A DNA stretch of 63,252 nucleotides, counting the filler, from Hausera hauseri (taxonomy: Eukaryota): the NCBI GenBank assembly GCA_046269625.1. It is 12 parts of 12 records of this genome, joined end to end, with 100 filler letters (N's around TTAATTAATTAA, not from the genome) between each part and the next. Parts side by side here need not be neighbours in the genome. Positions count along the whole stretch, not along the records: positions 36,547 to 40,516 come from JBJURY010849635.1; positions 40,617 to 45,814 come from JBJURY010309831.1; positions 45,915 to 49,967 come from JBJURY010792091.1; 9 more parts are not named here. One strand, 5' to 3'. The notes under the pieces were generated by a model. It made no database searches and was not told the DNA's origin. It worked only from the letters and a program-made list of their open reading frames with translations. This document shows, in pieces, positions 37,403-48,690 of the stretch. Position 1 is the stretch's first letter; each line of letters begins with the position of its first letter. The translations under genes were made by a program, and so were the position numbers.

Positions 37403-37914
37403 CCTTTCTTTAAAACTTTCTCTGTAGATTTAAATCATGATAAATGTTGAATATATTGAGAAATGTATCCGTTATCACGCATTACATTCAAGGTGATATT
37501 TACACATTGAATGGGAAATTTGTTGACAAACACATTGTGTGTTAATTTCGTCTTTGCATGAGGATACGATTAACTTGATGTTGAATTCATTGGCAAAGAA
37601 TTCCAGTTTGTATACAATAATCGTAATTACTGAAAATAAACATTTTGATTTAAAATGATACGATTAACATTTATTGTATAATTTCTATTGTACCATTTAT
37701 TGTACAAAATTTCTAATTAAACATGACTTATCAACAGATTTTTGTCATCTGAGTAACTCGTGAGTGATACATGTAAAAGTAAGTGTACATGACAGCTGGT
37801 GAAAAATCCTATTCGGTGATGTGCCAAAGAGGGGTTAAGGGGTTAAACTCTTCATGTCATGTATTTGAATATTTGTTTTAATATTCAAAGTGTTATGTAT
37901 TTGAATACAACACT

Positions 37915-39890
37915 GGTGTCAAATTGAAAATTCTTTGGAATTTATTCTTTCGAAACTTCTAAACAGCCGAAATGCTTTGACGAAAGTGAAGATGCGGAAC
38001 AGTTCATGAAAACTTTGGAAAATTTCATTAAACAGATGGATATTTTCGATGAGCATGTCAAACGCACGATGTTTATGGATTATTTAGAGACCGATGTAAG
38101 ATGTTTGTTAGCACGTTGACGGACACGTGCGTCCCGTCAAAGCAAAGTTCAATATGTGGCATGACGGCAATAGCCGTCCAAAACGAAACGGTAGTTTGTA
38201 GACACTACAGCTATGGCGGCACAAATGTTTCTCCAATTCAGGTTTTTGAAAAGATATGGGATGACCAAGTAATGGAAATGATTATAAAATATACGAATGA
38301 TTACGGCATAAAAACTTCTAATATTCTAAAAATTTCAAAAACATAGTGTTAATTTTCGAACTTCACTTGTTCCTACTGCCCGTCAATGTGTTAATATGAT
38401 AACATGGTAATGAGCAGGTATAGCCGGTTCAAAGAAATTTTCCTGAAGTTATATGGTGCTAAGAAATCTGACATTTCTGTTTGAATGAAATTATTCAATG
38501 TTAAACAGAAAGACGGTCAACGTTTCAAGGAATTTATAAGAGAAAAAAGGATCCAATGTTACAAAGAGACGCCGGAACTTACATCAGAGGAAAGGGAACC
38601 CATGACGCTTCAAATATTCATCAATGGTCTATAAAACGAAACTGCTAAGATGGCACTGTTGATGCTACAACCGAAAACATTAGACAGTGCCTACAATATG
38701 ATAGACAAGAAGCTGACTCACCGTATAGCTCGCACATATTAAGTGTGTCGATGGAAGAAAATGAGGAAAAATTGTTAAGGACAGAAATTTCTGTATTAAA
38801 GAAACTCATTGAGCAACTATCAGAAACAGTAAGAAGATTACAAAAAAGAGGACAGGAAATCAACAGTCCAAACATAAAATGATGGTAATAAAAGATTCGA
38901 GTGTTTGTAAGGCAAAAGTAATAAACATTTATCAAAAGGAAGAGTAAATTTAGTTTCTTATTTAAACAAAAGGGCCATATAGGTGTTTTGTATACAGGAA
39001 AAAAAGACATCACTACATTTTGTTGGGACAATAAGTAGCTCAAACAGTGAAAGCGAATCGATTAGAGCCGAGGATAGTTCTAGAGAAGTTAGTTTATATC
39101 AAGTATCCGAAATAAAAAGGGTGAACAGTGAGAACTCAGAGTTAACAAGAGAATTGGATCAGGACTAGACATACAAAACCAAGTCGGAAAGAAAATGTTG
39201 CAAGCAGTTCCAAACCGGTGTAAAAGAGGAACAACAAACCAATGTGTCATAAATGGAACACAAATGGGGCTAAAGAGACAATTCTGTTAGATACTGGAGG
39301 AGAGGTTAACGAAATTAGCAGACAGATGATAACCAAGATCAAAAGCGCGGATCCAACTGTGAAGATAATGAGGTCCAAGAAGAAAGTTAAATGCGCAGAT
39401 GGGTTTACAGTACCAATAAAATCCGAAGTGTGCCATATAGTGGATATTGGGGCCAACATAAGAAACTGTAAATTGATGATTCTTTACAATTTGCGCCCGT
39501 ATATTCTTTTAGGAATTCGAGGAATGAAGAGTATGGATATTATTGTCGCAAAAGATAAAAATGGTATACGTTGCGGAAGAATATTTCTGCCCTTCGTCTC
39601 AAATATCGATGCCGAGATGACGATTCCAAACAAAACATTTAAACTAGGTAGGCACTGTTTTGAGGGTCGGGAGGAGTATTGGACTTGTTTGATTCGCAAT
39701 ATAGTAGAAGCTGAACCATCAGAGAGAACTAGAGTTGATAATATAGTATTGAAAGTTGAAGAAGGTGATTTCGTAGACGAAGAAGTAGTGAATATTATTA
39801 ATGTTAAGGAGGTGTTTATCTTGTAAATATACGATATAGGATTAACAAATTACACTGAGTATAAGATCAAACTGAGGAAGAAAACCCCTG
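37915..39890 (+). mobile_element. Decayed Gypsy 5' part: PBS-like TGGTGTCA, gag, protease
   Basis: gag KQKDGQ..QIFINGL..QPKTLDSAY; protease LLDTGGEVNEIS; ends at GLTNYTEYKIKL before RT. Confidence 0.75.
38112..38390 (+). mobile_element. Internally deleted piggyBac inserted in gag
   Basis: TIRs CACGTTGACGGACA / TGCCCGTCAATGTG flanked by TTAG and TTAA. Contains SPIQVFEKIWDDQVMEMIIKYTNDYG (piggyBac N-terminal motif). Confidence 0.75.
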
Positions 39891-40790
39891 AAAATAAGAA
39901 CACATTTGAAAATGTGTTTATGGTATATATAAGCATACTAATGTTAACTATTATCTCACAAACAATCTTTGAACTACGATAGCCATGAAATAAACTGGAA
40001 GCACATTAATATGAACTATTCTCACATAATCTTTGAATTACGATTGTAAATTTCTTTGAACGTTCCACAATTTCCTCGGTTAAAATAAATTATATATCGT
40101 TCTAAAAATAGTACCAAGTTTTTCGGGAGATTTGATCAATCCCCGAAAACGATCTTTAATTTCCCGAATTCATAGCGAAGAATAAATTCGGATCGTATAA
40201 TCTGACCAACAAAAAATAACTTTCTGTCATAATTGCTCGTGAAAACTTTTGAAAACGAGAAATCATGTAGAAAATTGTATTTATGCCATTTTAAATAAAG
40301 CACAAAATATATAGTACCAATTATGATGGTAAAAATATTTACTGCGCCTGCCATAGATAGTGAAGGCCTACTTGTGCACCGGAAAAATAATAAAATCATT
40401 TTGTTTGTATTAATTATACTATATATAAGTCGGAAATTGCAAAAAATAAATTATTTAGGGTGGGACATTTGTCATTATAAAAACTTATAGATCTATCATT
40501 TTGCTTGTTAACGTAANNNNNNNNNNNNNNNNNNNNNNNNNNNNNNNNNNNNNNNNNNNNTTAATTAATTAANNNNNNNNNNNNNNNNNNNNNNNNNNNN
40601 NNNNNNNNNNNNNNNNATACCAAAGAACATTACATGTATTTATCGTGAACATGGTTCTCATTGTGCTTATAAAAAGTGTTTAGCGTTATGTCAGAGTTAT
40701 ATTGTTCCTAAATAAATGTGTTATGAAAACTAGTTGGTTTTTATTAAAAGACTTAATGCATATAATGAAAAAACATGTATTAAACAACAT

Positions 40791-41075
40791 TTACATAATA
40801 ACTGTATCATCATCATCATCAGTATCACTGTCACTGTCTGGAAAAAATTCAAATAGGGGCTTTATCATGAGCCCTACCCATTTCACATAGAGACACTGGT
40901 CTTCAGAATCCTGGACAACCACATATTCACATTCTGTTCTGCATAGCGGGCAGGACATTTTCCTACATAACCATTTCTTCATGCAACCTATACAGAACAA
41001 GTGTGTGTCGCATGTCGCCATTCGCATTGTTTTATCATTAATCTGCTCCAAACAAATCGGACAAGTTTTGAACAT
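40791..41075 (-). CDS. Small RING-HC (C3HC4) protein with acidic tail, putative E3 ligase
   Basis: CPICLE..CDTHLFCIGCMKKW..SCPLCR; DSDSDTDDDDD tail; conserved as a pseudogene next to pPolB copy 2. Confidence 0.85.
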   Translation of the reverse strand: MFKTCPICLEQINDKTMRMATCDTHLFCIGCMKKWLCRKMSCPLCRTECEYVVVQDSEDQCLYVKWVGLMIKPLFEFFPDSDSDTDDDDDTVIM

Positions 41076-41296
41076 TATTAATTAATGAAAGACTGATGCA
41101 AATATATATCACACTGTATTGATTATTCAAATTTTCAAATTTATTGATTACTTACTTGATCTTAAGTTATATAGTAGTTACTTAGTTTTATTTGGCCTTA
41201 CCCCACCTCCCACATTACTTGATCAATAAGACAATAACACGATATTTCTATACAAGATTTATTGTAACAAAAGTAACAAAAACATCAACAATATAT

Positions 41297-44200
41297 TTAC
41301 AGTGCCACATGTCCATGAGGTAGTGTGCTGATGCCGTCTTCAAGGATATGCCTTTTGTCGTCGAACCAATCTAGACTTTTCTTCCGTAATGCAACTGTGG
41401 CAATCCGATGCTCCCTGGACTGGATCCTTCTCATCTCACTTACAATGTGAGTTTGCTCCCTCAGTACCTTTTCAAAATCCGCAAAGCCTATGTTCTTCAC
41501 TAATGTGGCCCTTTGAACCCCCTTTGCCCGCTTCTTTATCTGGCCGCTTACATCGATGGCGTACATTTTTGATCTCAACGCCACGAACCGGGTGATAATC
41601 TTTCCATTCACCTCATCTTTAAACTTTCCGAGGACCTTCTTGTTGGTAACTGAATAATTTGCATGATCCTTCGCATAGTCTGAGGTATCCATGTGTGGTG
41701 CCAGTTCAGAAAAGTCCGCAAAAACATCTTCCGTATGGATCTGATATATAAATGAATCAGTATCCATATACATTAGCTGCAGCTTCTTGAACTTGGGCAC
41801 CATGATTTCATAATGGAAATCATACATGAGCGTCTTGGACAGGTCCAGAATTGACATCCCAACATAGATGGGCTTATTAAACTCAATTGATGTCTTGAGC
41901 ATATGAATGCTCACCAAGTTCTCTGTGTAAAGTGTGCTGGAATGGAAATTGGCCTTGGCAATGAGTTTCTTTGCCCGCCTCCAGTCACACACCAACTCGA
42001 TATTAATGCGATTGCGAATATTTTCCATGGTCTTTCCAAAGACCGAGTTATTGTAGAGTTTGAATTGGTCTTTTTCAAACTCATTCTTTGCATTAGTCCT
42101 CAGCTGCGTGTTGAAGTCTATGTAAGATTGCAACCACATTGACTGGCTGAATGAAAGGGCTCGATGGATTTTCGTCACTTTGACACCATTCTTTATAGCC
42201 TGTTGGAGATTTATGTAGTGTGATACATATTTCTCCCTATCCTCCAAGTGACAAAGCAATTTCTTATGTTTCCCATTCGGTGGTCTTTTGCTTTCAGGAA
42301 GGAAAGGCAGTTGTTCATGCCTTGAGTGGATACTATGTGGATATTCCACATCCACTTCCAATATGTATCCTGTGTCTCCATTGGGGTTCAGATCCTTTAT
42401 TGATAGTTCTTCTGGATGCTCCACCCATTTAAAATTTCCATATGGCAATGGGGCGCTCATTGCCCATCCATACAAGTTATTCGCATCCAGGTATGTTATG
42501 AATGACGATGGCTTGCTAGCATCATGCTCCGACATATATTTATTGTTAGCCTCACTATATCTGTGAATGGCCTGGCAGATTCCACCTCTGATTCCTCTTT
42601 CCAACATGAGGATCATGTCATAATCCTTGAGAATCTGTAGTCGTATTCCAGTGTGTCTGAGCATGGCTGACCAACTCATTCCTGGGGCAGTGAAGAAGTG
42701 GGTTGGATCCAATTTGTGACTTGCAATTGTGACATCTCGGAATGTCTCAAACACATCAGTCAGCAGCAATACGTCTGTTTGGAGATATACATCGCTGTAT
42801 TCACCTATAGTCCTGCATTGAAACGATTCCCAGACTCTTTGTGCATGTTGATAATCTCCATCGCTAATATCACTGTCTGAGAGTTTGCTATAAAACGCCT
42901 CCTTGGGTGGAAGTGCAGTTTCTTCAAGTGATTCCCATGATGTGATGTAATCATAGGGAAACACACCTTTTCGTTTGACCAAGTCAAATGCAGCTGGGAA
43001 GAATTTCTTAGTTTCCTTGAGTTCTTCTGATGGCAGGTTTTTAACCAAGCTATCAAGAGATGAACTCATGAATCGGAAACTATCAATGAAACGGAGTCTA
43101 ATATGTCCAACATGTTTGGTAAATGTTACATATTTCTCCTCGCTGTTTGGGATCACTTCTATATTACCATCAACGTTTCCTAACTCCCTCACAATAAAGT
43201 GTGAGTCATATCCACTAAGATTGTGGAATACCACCGGCACATAAGTACATGCTTTGCATCTTAAATTGCAACTATTGCATGCTGCTCCTCTGTACTTTCC
43301 TGTTGTATGGCAGTGATCCTTGACTTTATGGTTATCTTCTGTAAATGGCTTTGAGCATAAATAACAAGTTGTTGCATTGAGCCATTCCTTAACTTCCTGC
43401 TGGGATATGATCATGTAATTCCTGTACTGCTGCTGCATGTCTTCAATTCTGCGGGCAATTTCCTCCAATTTCTTCATAAAATGTACTGCTGCATCTAGGC
43501 CCCTATACAAGTATGGTTTTCTATCCAGGCCTTTTGCGAAGATGCAAAATGACGACAGCTCGTGATATTGGTATGCTGTTGTGCTGCTATGTTGAGGATT
43601 TGGGCTACAGCTGTTAACTGGGCTGAGGATAGCCTCAAAATCGCAATATATGACTATTGGGACTTTGAGCATTCTTTCGAATTCCTTAAATTCGATATTG
43701 TCTTCTTTGGGGAATTCCACACGTGCACAATAATTATTGTTGCAGTACATTTTATGCACTTCCAGTTTCTCCATTGCTGATGCTCCACTATAATGGGTCA
43801 GACATCTTTTGCACATCTTTATCTTATGCTCATGTTTGGTGATTTGCAATCGGACTAGACGTTGAAAGTCCTTAATCCATACGTAGTGCTTCTTATCACC
43901 TTCACATAGCAATAGGATATCTCGATGGTCATCCAATTCTACCTCACATACATGTAATGGGTAGACTTTATCATTCTCATCCAATCCATAGATGTTGATG
44001 GATATCTGATTGATTTTCTCAAATTTCTTGATGTCATCTGTGGATGGTGGAAACGATATGCACTCAAAATCATATCTATGTTGAATGTTGAGGTATGGAG
44101 AAACACGAGAAGCATGATGGTGATCCTTTATCAATGGTCCAAGAATTGAGTATTTGAAGCACATATTGTCTTCATTCTGGACATTGATGCAAGCCTTTTT

Positions 44201-45064
44201 GTTAATAATCCAGTCTGGAAGCTTTATATACGAGTTTCCTCGCATGGGGGAATATTTGTGTACAAAAACCAGTAAGTTTTTGATTGAAAATAGAGTCCAT
44301 CCACTCTTCTTTTCTTGATTCTCCTCAGCTTCACGGAGTAACTTTGAATATTCATCACTGATCCAGTCCGAAATATCCGTTGAATCCAATATCGTCCTGT
44401 TCTTTGTCTTGAAGGCCCTGTTTGCCAGTTCACCATGGACATTAGTGAACATGGCCTCTAATTTGAAATTTACTTTCAGGGCCTTCATTTCCACCAGGTT
44501 ATCTTGCAGGATACCTACTGCTTCCTCCTTTGTGTAATCCAGGAACTCATTCAATGTACTTTGACCTGTTCCTGTGATATTATATTTGCGGATTTTATTG
44601 AGGAAAGCTGAATTGTCCGGTATTCGTGTTCTTCTTCGTTTTGGTTGAGCATTGGTATTGCCAGCTGCTGGTCGTTTCAAGCCAGTACGCGCAGATGGTG
44701 TTGGCATAACTGCAACAATGCCTCCTATCTGCGCAGATGTTGATGGTACAGCTTGCACAATACCTTCTGCTTGTTCAGATGTAGAAGGCATAACAGGAAC
44801 AATGCCTTCCATCATCTGTCCAGATGCAGAAGGCATATCTTTCATCTGCCCATTAAATATGGCCTTCTTTGATTTGGCCGAGAAGCCGCATAAATGGGAT
44901 TTATGCAAAGTAAAAAACGTACGGTAGTCTCCTTCACTGACCGTTTCACAGGTTGGGCAAACAAAGTATTCCCTTCTGTTGAATATTTGGGAATAGTATT
45001 TTCTCATTGTGTTGTGGCAGTTATCGGAATTGTGAGGGGCATGTGATGTACAATAGGTGTACAT
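41297..45064 (-). CDS. Intact protein-primed family B DNA polymerase (Polinton/Maverick type with endonuclease VII insertion), 1255 aa
   Basis: ExoI YCDFEA, ExoII FHNLSGYDSHF, ExoIII YLQTDV; Pol motifs YLDANNLYG, KLYNNSVFGK, YMDTDS, KMY, KRAKGV; EndoVII CYLC..DHCHTTGKYRGAACNSCN; bipartite NLS KRPA..PKRRR. Confidence 0.97.
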   Translation of the reverse strand: MYTYCTSHAPHNSDNCHNTMRKYYSQIFNRREYFVCPTCETVSEGDYRTFFTLHKSHLCGFSAKSKKAIFNGQMKDMPSASGQMMEGIVPVMPSTSEQAEGIVQAVPSTSAQIGGIVAVMPTPSARTGLKRPAAGNTNAQPKRRRTRIPDNSAFLNKIRKYNITGTGQSTLNEFLDYTKEEAVGILQDNLVEMKALKVNFKLEAMFTNVHGELANRAFKTKNRTILDSTDISDWISDEYSKLLREAEENQEKKSGWTLFSIKNLLVFVHKYSPMRGNSYIKLPDWIINKKACINVQNEDNMCFKYSILGPLIKDHHHASRVSPYLNIQHRYDFECISFPPSTDDIKKFEKINQISINIYGLDENDKVYPLHVCEVELDDHRDILLLCEGDKKHYVWIKDFQRLVRLQITKHEHKIKMCKRCLTHYSGASAMEKLEVHKMYCNNNYCARVEFPKEDNIEFKEFERMLKVPIVIYCDFEAILSPVNSCSPNPQHSSTTAYQYHELSSFCIFAKGLDRKPYLYRGLDAAVHFMKKLEEIARRIEDMQQQYRNYMIISQQEVKEWLNATTCYLCSKPFTEDNHKVKDHCHTTGKYRGAACNSCNLRCKACTYVPVVFHNLSGYDSHFIVRELGNVDGNIEVIPNSEEKYVTFTKHVGHIRLRFIDSFRFMSSSLDSLVKNLPSEELKETKKFFPAAFDLVKRKGVFPYDYITSWESLEETALPPKEAFYSKLSDSDISDGDYQHAQRVWESFQCRTIGEYSDVYLQTDVLLLTDVFETFRDVTIASHKLDPTHFFTAPGMSWSAMLRHTGIRLQILKDYDMILMLERGIRGGICQAIHRYSEANNKYMSEHDASKPSSFITYLDANNLYGWAMSAPLPYGNFKWVEHPEELSIKDLNPNGDTGYILEVDVEYPHSIHSRHEQLPFLPESKRPPNGKHKKLLCHLEDREKYVSHYINLQQAIKNGVKVTKIHRALSFSQSMWLQSYIDFNTQLRTNAKNEFEKDQFKLYNNSVFGKTMENIRNRINIELVCDWRRAKKLIAKANFHSSTLYTENLVSIHMLKTSIEFNKPIYVGMSILDLSKTLMYDFHYEIMVPKFKKLQLMYMDTDSFIYQIHTEDVFADFSELAPHMDTSDYAKDHANYSVTNKKVLGKFKDEVNGKIITRFVALRSKMYAIDVSGQIKKRAKGVQRATLVKNIGFADFEKVLREQTHIVSEMRRIQSREHRIATVALRKKSLDWFDDKRHILEDGISTLPHGHVAL

Positions 45065-45126
45065 TTGACATATTTCCTTCTTCTTATTCTGGGCATTTGA
45101 AAAATTTGTATTCTAAATATATATAA

Positions 45127-45381
45127 TTAATTTATTAAAATCAAAATTAATAAAATTACCATTTGTGAAAATAATTGTTGAAATAATTTTTTCTTCAATG
45201 TCTTGAAACAACTCAGATGTTGTTTATGGGTATAATAAAAATCTTCATAACTGCATCTGGAAACTGACTGACAATCTGGGCATAAATAAAATTCTGAGCC
45301 ATTGTACGTATACTTGTAGTACATCTGCATCACATTGTGGCATCGGGTATCGTGGACTTTGGATTGACAATTAGGATACAA
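45127..45381 (-). CDS. 84-aa Cys/His (Zn-binding) protein paralogous to the pPolB N-terminus
   Basis: MYPNCQSKVHDTRCHNVMQMYY..FYLCPDCQSVS..YEDFYYTHKQHLSCF vs pPolB MYTYCTSHAPHNSDNCHNTMRKYY..YFVCPTCETVS..YRTFFTLHKSHLCGF. Confidence 0.8.
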   Translation of the reverse strand: MYPNCQSKVHDTRCHNVMQMYYKYTYNGSEFYLCPDCQSVSRCSYEDFYYTHKQHLSCFKTLKKKLFQQLFSQMVILLILILIN

Positions 45382-46359
45382 TTGACAATTCTAAAAATAG
45401 TTATTAATATATATATATAACGTAAAGTAAAAACTTACCATATTAGTTCTAATAACTTCTTAATAATGATTATTGACTAGATTTTGAAATTTGTAACTAA
45501 TTAATTGATGCAGTTAAACAATATTAGTATATGATAAAGGTTTTATGTGTATTAAATGCTTATGACGTTTGCTTTTGTTTTACTGTATTAATTTATTATA
45601 GCCACATATTTTGAATAGACTTGTGTAAATGGTGAATTATTTAAAATTTATCACATGTATATGTTATACTCCACTGTTTTAATTAATCATTTTGACCTCG
45701 AAGATAAATAGCGGATTATTCAAGATGTTCAAACATTGGGAATCTGATGGTGTAATCAGATTGTTCGAATAATTTACGAATGACTGAGTTTTCTCGAGTT
45801 TTTGACTAAAAATCNNNNNNNNNNNNNNNNNNNNNNNNNNNNNNNNNNNNNNNNNNNNTTAATTAATTAANNNNNNNNNNNNNNNNNNNNNNNNNNNNNN
45901 NNNNNNNNNNNNNNTATACATAATTTTCCAAAAAATTAAGATGACAACGCTGTATTCTTTCCGTAGACAAATGTTTGTTTTTGTACCAAGAAATTTATTA
46001 TAAACAAATTTTTCTAAATTTGTTATACAAATACAATAATTTAATGTCGAGTTTGTCATTCTTATATTAGATTGTAATTTCTTGACAGTTATAATTGGTT
46101 AGAATAATTGAGATTGTTTTCATTTTATTGAATGATACTGCATATATGCCTTATGTTTATATAAAATAACCAAATTAGTATGTGAATTAGATACAAACAA
46201 GCTCCGAGAACAATATTTTGTTTATTTGCATTAAAAAATTCGTTTTTTACTTTTAGCCAATCATCGAGTTGCACGATACCAACAATTTCGTTTTTGTTAT
46301 AAATTTATTTACACACATTTAATAAATTACTTTGTAAAGTTTTCCAACAATACACCGGG

Positions 46360-48690
46360 ATGAGATTATTTATTCTTCTTATTGTCGGTTTGGTCATTCA
46401 ACAGTTTCATTGTGAAGAAACAATAGAGACTAGTATTGAAGATGACGAAAGTGTTGAGTCCATAAGTCCAAAAAAAGTTGGAATTCAGTGTTCCAAAGAT
46501 ACCATCAAACTATTTTGTAATGTATTTTGATTCTGCGAGCAATTTAGCTGATAACTTAGTTTTATCCGAAGCAAAGAAAGATGGTGTTGAAGAAGTTATA
46601 GCAAAGTATAATGGTGTGTGGTTTGTCGAAGTGCCACATACTAGTGCAATAAACAACGATTACGCTTTGGTGTTTAAATCAAAAGAACGACATGCCGCAA
46701 TTTCGGCTAAATTAAGTCGACCATTGATTTTTCTGCAAACCAATTAGTCGTTCGGTGCGGGGTTAAATTCCAGAATGGAATGGAATGCGGTGGTGCATAT
46801 ATCAAATTGCTTTCCGATTCACCAAATTTAGATTTAGTGAGTATTTTTTTATTTTTAATTTTTGAAATTTAAAATCAAATTCTAAATTATTCAAATGATT
46901 ATTATTATTTTAGAAACAATTTCACGACAAAACTTTGTATACGATAATGTTTGGTCCAGACAAATGTGGCAACGATAACAAAGTTTGCTTTTAATTTATT
47001 CTCAATTGTATTGTCAAAATTTATTTCAGTTGCATTTTATTTTCCAACATAAACATCCGAAAATCGGTAAATATGAAGAAAAACACAGTAAAAAACCAAA
47101 TGCCGATATGGAACGAAACTTCAGTGATAAGAAAACTCATCTCTATACACTTGGTAATGTTCATTCATAACTGGTGTTTGTAACTTAATGCGCTTGTGCT
47201 TGTTAACCGAGTAGTTATAATTTATCAATGAGTCAGCATGTGAGTCACGTCACTGATTGCGTCCGTGTAGTTTATCCGACACACCAACTGACGTATGACT
47301 CAATTTGAAGTATTAATGGATTTATGAGATATCGTATTATGTAATTAGATAGGTTTGGTCGGCAGTACATCGTTATTGAATATATTTAATGGAATATTCA
47401 CGCTTTTGTATTAGACTAATTGAGCATTATTGTTGGTAATTTTAGTGCTGAATTCTGACAACACATTCGAAATCTACATTGATCAAACACTCATCAACAG
47501 TGGCAGCCTTCTCAAAGATTTCGAGTAATGAATTGAGTGGCTCTTAAATTTCAATTTATGTTCTCGTAGGCCTTCAGTTAACCCACAAAAGGAAATCGAT
47601 GATCCTGAAGACAAAAAACCGAGTGACTGGGATGTCCGAGCAAAAATTGCTGACACAGTTGCCACGAAACCAGATGATTGGGATGAAAGTGCTCCAGAAT
47701 ACATCGAAGATGTCAATGCTGTTAAACCAGACGGTTGGCTTGAGGATGAGCCTTTAACAGTTCCTGATGAGAAAGCCGAGAAACCTAAAGATTGGGATGA
47801 CGACATGGATGGAGAATGGGAACCACCACGTGTTGACAATGCCAAGTGCAAAGACGCACCGGGATGTGGTCCGTGGAAAGCACCGAAAATCAAGAATCCG
47901 CAATACAAAGGAAAATGGTCAGCTCCAATGATTGACAATCCTAACTACAAAGGAGTGTGGACACCAAAGAAAATATCCAATCCGGATTATTTCGAAGATC
48001 AGAATCCCTACAAAATGACCCCCATTGGCGGTATTGGTCTGGAACTGTGGTCGATGAACGATGAAATTGTCTTTGACAACTTTCTCATTGTTGACAATAA
48101 GAAGGCCGCCGACGATTTTGCTGCAGAAACGTGGTTGTTGAAGAAAGATGCTGAACGTCGTGCCGATCCGAATGCAGTTAGTTTTCTTTGATTCGGTAAT
48201 AATCATAATTCTAACGCAGCAAAGTGTTGTAGATGCCATTCGAGAGGCAACATCCGAACGACCATGGCTGTGGATTGTAATCGTTCTAGTTATCGTTCTT
48301 CCCATTGTCTTAATTGTCATCTACTGCTGCCGAAGCAGTTCTGGAAAAGAGTCCGAATACGACCGTAAGAGACGAGAAATGCACAAGAAAGACGACGATG
48401 TCGTTCTTGAAGACGACGATGAAGTTGATCAGAAAATGGAATCCGGTGATACAGAACTGGAAAAAGAGTCAGCTTCTCATCAACACGTTGTTGATGGTGT
48501 CGGTGATGAGGTCACTCCAAAGGCCGATTTGGAAAGTGACTCGGATAGCGACAGTCCGGCGAAAGGCCGAAGTTCGTCGGAAAGCGCTGGCCACTCACCA
48601 TCAGAGGAGTACGTGTTTCGTAATTCAATTACTTGTTATACTGGTCGATGTAGGAAAGCCACCAGGAAGCGCCGTGTACGGAAAGAGTAG
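46360..48690 (+). CDS. CANX: Calnexin (multi-exon; first exon has two frameshifts)
   Basis: Signal peptide; [16 protein letters not shown]; [11 protein letters not shown]; KPxDWD and GxWxxPxIxNPxY P-domain repeats; GLELWSM; TM + YCC; C-terminal [12 protein letters not shown] introns at about 46837-46913, 46984-47029, 47154-47445, 47525-47569, 48177-48219, 48609-48653. Confidence 0.92.

Noticed and set aside
36711-37427. 238-aa ORF
   Set aside because: No recognisable domain; it runs through a promoter-like patch and a (TCCA)n microsatellite.
41389-44927. Small plus-strand and alternate-frame ORFs overlapping pPolB (likewise antisense ORFs over calnexin and Gypsy pol)
   Set aside because: Shadow ORFs of real coding sequence.
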